64,000 nt of DNA from Selaginella moellendorffii (Eukaryota; Plantae; Lycopodiophyta). The stretch spans positions 62,001 through 126,000 of the forward strand of contig NW_003314398.1 of assembly GCF_000143415.4 (NCBI RefSeq), given 5' to 3'. Positions 52,801 through 64,000 of this stretch are shown here, piece by piece. The stretch's first letter is position 1, and every line of letters begins with the position of its first letter. The notes under the pieces were generated by a model that saw nothing but the letters and a program-made list of their open reading frames with translations, was not told the origin of the DNA and did no database searches. Made by a program: the position numbers and the translations under genes.

Positions 52801-53580
52801 CAAGTATTTTTGCTAGGGCCTCAAAAACAATCAAATGAAGCATATTCAAGATGCTTATAAGCAATAAAACACTTTTTACTCTAGAGCATGTTCTAAGAAA
52901 CACTGTTAAATGTAGAATCCTTGAGGGGTGGGGTAAGGCTTAGCTTAACCATCATTCCCTATTACTTCCCATTCGTGTCCAGAACTGAAGAACAATTAAT
53001 AAAAGAAAAAAATGGCCAATCTTTTAATGAAGATATTAAGAAGTTGCAACATTTGCAGCATGAAGAACCTTAATAGAAGGCATAACATAATCTAGGAAAC
53101 TAAATCTTTGTCCTTTAGCGCCAGGTCATATAACTTATTTTCCAACTCTGAGACATGCCTACAACTCTGCCACCTCACAAGCCTTTAACAACCTCTTTGA
53201 TCGATCCTTCACAAGTTTGTGTGGTACACACTTCTACACCTACAGCCAGCGACCAATCTGGGAATTTAACATTCTCATTTAAGTTGTTACCACAACAAGT
53301 TCTTCCTCCATATCACCTCTAAACTCACATGTCCCTTCCATGTGGTTATTCAGCTCGAACTGATAAATCAAGTAAACCAGAACAACTCAAATTTTTTTGA
53401 TAAACAAATATTGACAAGTGATACCAACTCTGGCACACATCACACCCTTCAGACTGCCCACATTTTAGACAGGCTCCTTCCTCTTCTCCAAATACTGGTT
53501 GCCCCTGCTCTGCAGCAAGCCCCATATCTTCCATCACCTCCTCCAACTTCAGGCGATAATGATGAACAGCATCTGCTGTC

Positions 53581-54660
53581 TCAGGTCGAGGGAGAACCAG
53601 ATGATGCCAATGCTTCCAAGTTCTCCGTTGAATAAGAGACCCGCCCTTTAGGTGTACGCAAAACATTCCCACTTTCATCCTTCAAAGGTACCTTGAGCTT
53701 GATATACGGCATCTGAGAGCTGCCTTCTGGAGTGACTACTAGGAAGATAGGCTCCTTCCCACAAAGCAGTCTGCACTTGTAAGCCAACGAATCATAATCG
53801 GACTTCACATGAGCGACTTACTCTTGGAGGAAGTTACTTGAAGCAGATACTCAAACTCACCACCAAACGCATCCACGAGGGGATAGTTCTGGCTCGGAGT
53901 AAGAACATACTTGTCCATGTCCATGGTGGTAAAAGGGAAGCTGTTGCCATAGTGATGCTTGATTCTTGCTGGTGGAAGGGTGATCGTGCTACCATCGGCC
54001 AACGGGAACTTCCCTCCTCTACTTAGAATGGAATGAGCGAAGTCGTCAAAGACACCTCTAGCGGCTGCAGCAAGTGTTGGAATGAACTTGGTTTTGCTGA
54101 CGAGCTCCAGTCACTTATTCAGCTGGGACTGATAAAAGACCTCAGGCACCACGAGGAGACAAACTCCACTCCACAAATGTGCTTCATGTCATGGTCGGGT
54201 ACCTCGAAACACTTGCCACTAGGATCGAAATAATAGAAGTAGGAGTGTTCTAGTGCCACCAGCTGCACTACAACCCTTCTCGCGTAGCCGTGAAACAAAG
54301 TACCACAAACAACATGACTTGCCGATGCCCGGATTGCCAGAGATGTGAGTGAACGTGTACTCCGAGTTGAAAACCTTGTGAAACAAGGTTTTCAAGGGCG
54401 AATATAAATCGCCCTCTTGTCACTAAACTTACAGGGCACATTCAGGAGTCAGTCCCCCCCAAGGAATGAGCTTCGATAGCTCCTTCTCCAGTTCCATCTC
54501 CTTCAATAAGAGAAGCTTCTTCCTGCGCAGCAGCAGCTTGTACTTTCCCAGCTGGCTCCCTTTTTCCAGCAGAGTCTGCTGCTCCTTGGCATCCGTTGTT
54601 GACTAGTGCTTCTTGGGCTTCTTTGATCTTCCCTTCGACGATGGAAACCGGAGACGCCAT
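53581..54660 (-). pseudogene. Crinkler/CR-type coiled-coil header + P-loop NTPase + REase remnant
   Basis: Translated by hand: IYIRP..., ISGNPGIGKSCCLWYF (Walker A), GVFDDFAHSILSRGG, PSQNYPLVDAF...LLQVTSS. Frameshifts and an internal deletion. Confidence 0.75.
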
Positions 54661-54897
54661 ACCTTAGGAGCTCGTCTTCGACGACGATCCAAAACCAAAA
54701 AGGAAATCATCCAAAAATCTGTTGTGTAGCGCAGTAGCAAGAAGCTGCGATTGTAGGCTGGATCAACAGTATTTGATTCATCTAAAACATGAAAAATCGT
54801 AGCACGCATCCAAGGCTTTCATCGTCTCAAAGTGAACACACCATAGCCATGGCAACAACCAGAAGAAGACACATGAGGCTGATCCAGCCACAGAAAC

Positions 54898-55551
54898 GAG
54901 CTCGTCTTAGGTCCGTGGATCTTTCAAAGGGAAAAAATCTTTTCTGACATGGATCTTCGTCATGTCAACGACAAGCTCGATGTTCCAGTGGATGTTATAT
55001 GCACCCCAAAGAGGACCATCTACACCCAGACTAAAATCCCAAAGCCAAGTGATGATAACGTGACAACTCTTCTCACTACTGTTGTCACTCTTTGATTTTT
55101 TTTCTGCAAGGTATTCTATGGGAGTGTGCCACGCCTTATGCTCAGCAAGATGCCCGTCCTGCGAGAGCTCAATGACGCAGTCGAGAAGAAGCGAGAGGCC
55201 GCTGTGGAAATGGCTCCAAAGACAGATCCACCGCTCATAGCTCCCACCCGCGATTTTCATCAAAAGCCTCAATCCCGTTCTCACGGAGCAGGAGCTCAAG
55301 TCACTTGGAGCAGCATGGATTAGCGCCGGAGGAGCTGTCGCTCTACAGGACTGGAACCGGGTAAAACGTTGCTCGAGCAGTGATAGGACGTGGAGAAATG
55401 CGTCAACGCGATCGACAACACAAAGCTCAAAGGCTGGATCATGAAAGCCAGGAGGGATAAATACACCAAGGAAGAGGAGCCACCTCCAGACCCGTGTATG
55501 GTGGCTCAGCAAGTAGCGGCTCAAAGGATCCGAGGCACGCGTTTCTTCTAA
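54898..55551 (+). pseudogene. Deletion-riddled duplicate of the 3' half of MTHFSD-B
   Basis: Colinear with 40883-41759, with many short deletions. Confidence 0.92.
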
Positions 55552-55766
55552 GCAAGTCGAAGATATCTACTTGGATCGTCGTCCTCGTCCTCGCAGGGAT
55601 TCACAGCAGTGTTGCGGTGGTCGAAGACGTGAAAGAATGGATGAGCTATGGAAGCTATCAACGATACGAGAGCTTCCTTCTTGATCGTCCTCCTTGGTGG
55701 AAGGCGTTTCTTTTCGGCCTTGATCTTGCTTGGCAGCGTGGTTTTCTTGTCCCAGCCGCTCTCCAT
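55548..55766 (-). CDS. Small 72-aa protein with LPPRRxxKK motif
   Basis: Intact ORF with TATAAAAG about 75 bp upstream; resembles plant small proteins carrying LPPKRGxIK. Confidence 0.55.
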   Translation of the reverse strand: MESGWDKKTTLPSKIKAEKKRLPPRRTIKKEALVSLIASIAHPFFHVFDHRNTAVNPCEDEDDDPSRYLRLA

Positions 55767-55915
55767 TGGGAATTTTTTCTAGCACTCCAATGGGCTCCTC
55801 GTCCTTGCTTGGATTTCTCCTTAGAAATTTGACACTCTTTTATACTTCCAATAAGTCCCCGCGTTATTTTTTAAAACTAGGTCCCTTTAGGGCTTTAGGA
55901 AGGGTTCTTGGAGAG

Positions 55916-57432
55916 ATGCGCGTCAGGATCTCGTCGCCGCGCGGAGAGACTAGGCGGGCGCTACCGGCATTGTTGACGATTTCCAGAAATTTTTCCGGGA
56001 GGAGGCCAAGATCAGAGAGGCCGAGCGCCGAGGACGCCTGGAAGTGGACAATCCGGAAGAAGGTTTGGGATTTGGTCGCGGGCCAGAGGGTCGTCAAGAG
56101 TCCCAAGAACAGGACTCCAAACTTCGAAGGCGCAGCGATCGCAGCGCACAAGGTTTGTGAGTTGTGAATCGAGATGACTTGGTTCTCTTCTCTTATTTTT
56201 TTCCCCCCTTTGTGCTCTTGAGCTAGGAGAGCTATCTGCATTTCGCGATGCCAAAGTCGTCAACGTTGGCCCAGAGGTCGCGCAGGCACCCGTGAGGCTG
56301 ATGACTCTGAGAGGTAAGAATCTTACAACCATAGCAAACTAAAAGCCACTACTCCTTTTTATCCTTTGCAGAGAGGAAGAAGCTTATTGTTCCTTGTCTC
56401 AGAAGGCTTGTCAAGGAATTCCTGGCCGAGGTCGATCCAAACGACATGACTCAAGAAGAGTTGGATGCTCTCACAGACGAAGGTAGTCTCGCTCTTCTCT
56501 CGAAGATCTTTAACTGCGGTGCGTGTAGAGCTTGGACTTCCAACTAAACCTTTGCAGCTCAGTCCAAAGGCAGCATTTGAGGTGGACCTCGTTGTTCTGG
56601 GATCCGTGGCTGTCGATCCAAAAACTGGAGCTCGTATCGGTGACGGCCAGGTGAAAAAAAAAAAAAAACAGAAAGAGAGAAAATGCAATGTCAACTTTAC
56701 CTCTTTCAGGGCCTGGAGGACTTGAATTACGCATTGCTTCGCTACATGGAAGCCATAGACAGCTCAACCCCGGTGGTCACAACAGGTTTGCATTTGTGTT
56801 CGTTTTACGAAAAAGCAACTAGCATTTGTCCCAGTTCACGAGAAGCAGCTTGTGGATGATATCCCAGTGGAGAAGATGATGTGCTACGACGTTCCAGCGG
56901 ATATAATCTGCACGCCTGAGAGGACCATCTTCACCAGCAGAAGCTTTCTCAAGCCAGATGGTAACGAGAAACTCATTTCTCCTCGTTAGCAACTTTGCGA
57001 TCTACAGGAATTTTCTGGGAAAGCTTGCAACCAGAAAAGCTCAGCCGAATCCATGCTCTCCAAATGCTGAAAAAATCGCTCCAGAAGGAAATGCGACTCC
57101 CGATGGCTCCGTCACTCTCACTCGCAAAGCTCAAGCGCTCCTCCATCATCGACGAGCCTTGCATTTTCCTGTCGGAGCTCTGCCCGAGCGTCACCGAGAG
57201 GCAGCTCCAGCGGCACTTGGAGGACCTGGGGGTGAGAGCTCGCAAGGTTTTGGTGTTTAAAGCCAGCAGGAAGATCGTTGCTCGGGCTATGGTGGACGAG
57301 GAGAAGATTGATGCTTACGTGAAAGCTATCAACGCGAGCACGAGACAGCTCGATGGGTGGTCGATAAGAGCGAGAAGAGACTCCTCGGCGATTCGAACCA
57401 AAGCGCGAGAGAAAGAACCTCTTGGCGATTGA
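55916..57432 (+). CDS. COG0212/MTHFSD-like protein C with C-terminal RRM-like domain
   Basis: [56 protein letters not shown], then [19 protein letters not shown]...LDGWSIRA. Confidence 0.88.
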
Positions 57433-57769
57433 CCAAGATCCTTTCTTTAATGTATAGAGCTATATGCCGCCATGCATTTATACGAAAGTTCTCTCTTTGT
57501 TCTGGAATCTTTGATGAGAGGTGGTAGGGTTTTTCACTCGTCAACCATCGTTCGGCGTTCTTGGTGTCTGCTTTGCTTTGAGATCCTTCGGGATTCTTGT
57601 GTGTGATGAGGTTTATTTTTCTGTTAGCAGGAGAGCGTTAGTAGGAGTGAGACAAAACAATTTGTGATATCTGAATTTCCGGGACTTTTGGTTTTCGAGA
57701 AGGAAATTCTCTATCTAGCATGGCAGCTGAATTCTTTCAGAGCGGTTGATCGAGAGAAACCGCTCGCTT

Positions 57770-58580
57770 GCATTGTCCCAGATCACGAGAAGCAGATCCC
57801 AGCGGGGAAGCGACGACGTTCCAGTGGATATAATCTCCACGGCCTTCCATCCGCCGCCGCCGCTACGCCCGAGAGCTTTCTCAGTAGCGAGAAACATAGT
57901 TCTCTTCTCTACTTAGCTTCTTTGTGATCTACAGGGGGGAAACCTACAGAAACTTGCAACCAGTGAAGCTCAGCCGAATCCACGCACTCGAGCGTCACCC
58001 AGAGGCAGCTCCAGCAGCGCTTGGAGGATCTGGCAAAGTCTTCGTGTTCAAAGCCAGCAGGAAAATCGTTGCTCGGGCTATGGTGGACGCGATGCTTACG
58101 TGAAAGCCATCATAACCCCACTCTAATGTATAGAGTTACATGCTACCATATCCATTTATATGAAAGTTCTCACTTCGCGTTCCAGCGGATATAATCTGCA
58201 CGCGCGAGGGGACCATCTTCACCAACAAAAACTTTCTCAACCAGATGGTTAGTTCCCCTCTCTACCAGCTTCCGTGATCTACAGGAGGACTTTACTGGGA
58301 AAACTTGCGACCTCAGCCGAGTCCCCGCGCTCGAGCGTCACCGAGACGCAGAGCTCCAGCAGCACTTGGAGGATCCGGGGGCGAGAGCTCGCAAAGTTTT
58401 GGTGCTCAAACGCAGCAGGGGGATCGTTGCTCGGGCTATGGTGGACGTGAAAGCTATCAACGCGAGCACTAGACAGCTCCATGGGTGGTCGATAAGAGCG
58501 AGCTCGGCGATTCAACCTCTTGGCGATTGACCAAGATCCTTCCTTTAATGCCGCCATGCATTTATATGAAACTTGTCTCT
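57770..58580 (+). pseudogene. Two further eroded tandem copies of the MTHFSD-C 3' end (about 57770-58172 and 58177-58580)
   Basis: Repeats of CGTTCCAGCGGATATAATCTGCACGC, GAGCGTCACC..GAG..CTCCAGC, ATCGTTGCTCGGGCTATGGTGGACG and the 3' UTR. Confidence 0.9.
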
Positions 58581-58836
58581 GTTCTTTCTCGATAGCTAGG
58601 GTTTTGCGGTCTCGTCACGGCTCACCGGCGATCGCCATCGGCGCGCTACATTGCATCGATCTTCGCAGATTCTCGGCGCGATCTCTCTACGAAGTATAAA
58701 TCGGTGGTGCTCGCAGTGAGATTTTTTCTTGCGCGGAGGTATATCTCGTCTCTGCTTTCTCGATTCGCCGGCAGCTAGCTTGAATCAATGGTTTCTCGTT
58801 TCCCCCTCTCTTATCAGCGCTTTGATCTTCGCAGCG

Positions 58837-59811
58837 ATGTGGCCATCCGGAGAGGGCTTCACCGTTCTTCCTGTGCGGTGCAATCTCTGTGGAAGCCACA
58901 TGACTTACGACCATGTCCAAGAACACTTTCAAGTCTGCAATGTAAGAAGCTCTCTCTTTTTCTTGGAGTTCTTTCGCTCTCAAAACTTCGTTCTTTCTGT
59001 GCCTGAAGCTTTCGTCACGGCCGGTTGCGAAGCCGAGTCCTTTCTACTCCTCGCCACAGCCGTATAAGGAGCAGCTTTTCCATCCATCGCAACCATTGCA
59101 GCAAGAGCTTTCCCCTGACCGGTATCGCTGCCCGCATTCCCACCAGCATCGAAATGGCGTCGCCGCCGAGCGGAATGGAGCTCCTTCTCGTCGAGAGCTT
59201 CCGCCACAGCTTTGTCCTCAGATCGACGATACTTTCTCCGGAAGCGTCTCGGGCTCCGTTTCTCTTCCGAGGCAGCAGCACGTCTGTTGTCGACACCCCA
59301 GTCCCCCGACGATCCCACCCAGTCAAGATCGTGTCTTCGAGCATTCCCCTGGTAGCTCTGCTTGCACGAAACGATGTTCGCCGCACGAAGCTCTTCGCGG
59401 CTGCAAAGTTTCGGTGCCAGCATCGCCTCACGGGCGAAGGAAGGTGATCAGTGATCCCGAGCTTTGGAGGCGCTTAAACTCGCCCTTGGAGTCCGAGCCA
59501 GCGCCGCGTAGAACCAAGAAGTCGAGAACAGCAAAGCTCTCAACTTCGTCCGTGGAATACCACGAGCCTGTAAGTGTTCTTAGTGCTTTCACGACTTGGT
59601 GATGTGTGGCGATGTGTGATGAGGCTTGTTGCTTTGTTAACAGGAGCGCGGGAGGAACTCTATCAGCCCAGCTTGGTGCCGGTTATGTGAGATCGATTGC
59701 TTCACAGTGGAAGGTCTCAAGCACCATAGCAAGACTCGCGATCATATGGACAGATCGCTCGACATAGTTTCGTCCATCAAGAGCAGAAGTTGGCGAGCTC
59801 GCAGAAGCTAA
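58837..59811 (+). CDS. Protein with an N-terminal C2HC finger and a C-terminal U1/matrin-type C2H2 finger (3 exons)
   Basis: CNLC..HFQVC, intron, low-complexity exon, intron, WCRLCEIDCFTVEGLKHHSKTRDH. GT-AG junctions keep the frame. Confidence 0.7.
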
Positions 59812-60002
59812 AGCTAAATATTTTCGTGAGCTCTTTCTACTCGATCTACTACTAACTTTGCCTTTTTTGATCCAGATGTAGCTTTTGGTCTCGGACTTTA
59901 TATATTATACGTATTCAAAGATCCCCAAAAGTCTTGATTCTCCCGGGACTTTTGGATTGTCTTGTTTTCGAGAGGGAGGAAGTTCTCTAGGGCCTATTGG
60001 TT

Positions 60003-62451
<2,449 letters not shown>

Positions 62452-62612
62452 TACGAAGGAAGAACAACACACCAAGTACGTAATTCTTTGTATGATTTTT
62501 CATTTCTTTCCAGGAGAAGTTTGTGATTGAAGTTCAAGAATAAGCTCGCTCGGCACCAAGTACGTATATACTGTTTGTTTCATACTTGTTCTTAATGGGA
62601 AAGCCACACTTT

Positions 62613-62701
62613 AATGAAAGCTTTCTTGAGCTCACAGCTTCCACGTACGTATAAAGTTGATGATGAAAGCTTTTCTGAGCTCACAGCTTCCAAGTACGTA
62701 T
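62613..62701. repeat. Two-copy ~40-bp tandem repeat
   Basis: ATGAAAGCTTT..TGAGCTCACAGCTTCCA.GTACGTAT occurs twice. Confidence 0.85.
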
Positions 62702-62704
62702 CGT

Positions 62705-63000
62705 TTAGTTTTGCTTCTGTCGTCCATCTCGCAGGGGCTCCTCCATGGGACGGACGTTCTTCAGCTTCCCTGGGTTGAGCATGACGAGCACGTCCTTCGT
62801 GGAGGGGCGGTCCTGTGGATTCAACTTGGTGCACAAGCAAGCGATTCGCATCGCCCGCTTCATCTCGGTTATCTCGTCCAGATTGGCAAATGCCGGGTTT
62901 TGGCCGAGAGTATCATCGCCGCCACCTTCTTCCCCTCCTCGCGCTGCTGGCTTGAGCAGTGTCGGGTCGATCCCCTTGAGCTCCTGTGGATCGGTCGAAA
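62705..63000 (-). pseudogene. Orphan C-terminal fragment of a receptor-like kinase (subdomain XI)
   Basis: IDPTLL...EMKRAMRIACLCTKLNPQDRPSTKDVLVML; no upstream kinase subdomains before the NPF gene. Confidence 0.75.
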
Positions 63001-63253
63001 GGCGCCAATGCCGTGGGCGAGACTCCGGAGTCTGGATCGCGGGTTTGACCCGGGAGAGGACTTTTGGACTATTGGAGCCACAGGAGAGGATTAAAAGACG
63101 CATCACCATCTCATCGTCGCCATACGGCGCCAAATGTGTCGTCCGGTTCGCCAGATGAGCGATCGAGAAAACTTTAGACCAGAATCGAGGCTGGAAACTC
63201 TGGTTCTAAAGCTCCCTTGAAAGTTCCAAATTTTCGTGTGTGAGTGGAAAGGG

Positions 63254-64000
63254 ATGGGAGCCATGGAGGAGAGCACCGTCGCCGACGCTAGCACTACCAA
63301 GGTGAGGAATTTCTCTTGGAAGAAATTAAGGAGAATGGAAGACACATTGGTGCTTTCGCCTTTGTAAGGATCTTGAAAATGGCGAAGATCTGGAGAAAGA
63401 GAGCTTCATCACAAAGGACGGCACTGTGGATTGGAAGAACAATCCTGCTGATAGGAGAACTACCGGCGGCTGGAAAGCGTGTCCTTATATCTTGGGTGAG
63501 CAACAAAAAAACGAAACTTTTTGATATCTTGCTTGATCTTGCCTTGAACAGGAAACGAATGCTGTGAGAGGCTTGCCTACTATGGAATGTCCATAAACTT
63601 GGTGGTGTTTCTGACCGACAAACTCCATCAGCACAACGCGACTGCATCGACCAATGTGACGAACTGGTCTGGAACTTGTGACATCACTCCTCTCATAGGA
63701 GCTTTCTTGGCCGATGCCTACCTCGGTCGCTACTGGACGATCGCTGCCTTCTCTTCTGTATACTTTGTGGTAAGTTCTTCTTTCTCGACTTTCATAGCTT
63801 CGCAGCTAAAAGTTCGTTTTTCTTACAGGGAATGGTTCTGCTCACGTTATCAGCGTCAGTTCCATCGTTAAAACCACCATCTTGTGTGGGGGACGTTTGT
63901 CCTGGGGCCTCGCCTGGTCAGATCGGATCATTCTATCTGGCTCTCTATCTGGTAGCGCTGGGCACTGGTGGAATCAAGCCTTGCGTTTCAACCTTTGGAG
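63254..64000 (+). CDS. NPF8/PTR-type peptide transporter, 5' part (runs off the window)
   Basis: [33 protein letters not shown] (ExxER), [30 protein letters not shown]. Confidence 0.95.

Noticed and set aside
58980-59447. Overlapping ORFs on both strands
   Set aside because: Explained by exon 2 of the zinc-finger gene (frame of 59096-59602); the others are GC-rich shadows.

Overview
Eukaryotic land-plant nuclear DNA. Very short introns (mostly about 45-70 nt), tiny intergenic gaps and the PPR repeat style suggest a lycophyte, probably Selaginella; this is an inference. From left to right: (1) an AT-rich flank and a decayed Ty3/gypsy element (976-7554) carrying a nested, VNTR-containing LTR-like insert. 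(2) A gene-dense block: PLS-type PPR, LisH/Lys-rich protein, trihelix transcription factor, four arabinogalactan-peptide genes, RBOH, tRNA-Leu(CAG), THO1, FAM91A1, MATE, PI4K-beta and an aspartic protease. (3) Three intact but strongly diverged COG0212/MTHFSD paralogues, each with a mitochondrial-like presequence and a C-terminal RRM-like domain, plus several eroded copies. (4) A ~12.7 kb island (42.2-54.9 kb) bracketed by a ~1.3 kb direct duplication. It has Crinkler/CR-type REase-kinase and NTPase-REase pseudogenes at its two ends, scrambled retroelement pieces and a ~530 bp gag-derived foldback. (5) A zinc-finger gene, DUR3, an orphan receptor-kinase fragment and the 5' part of an NPF8/PTR gene. 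There are two 100-N assembly gaps. All calls were made by eye from motifs; no database searches were run. The best candidates for an undescribed system are the organelle-targeted MTHFSD-RRM family and the CR-effector island.
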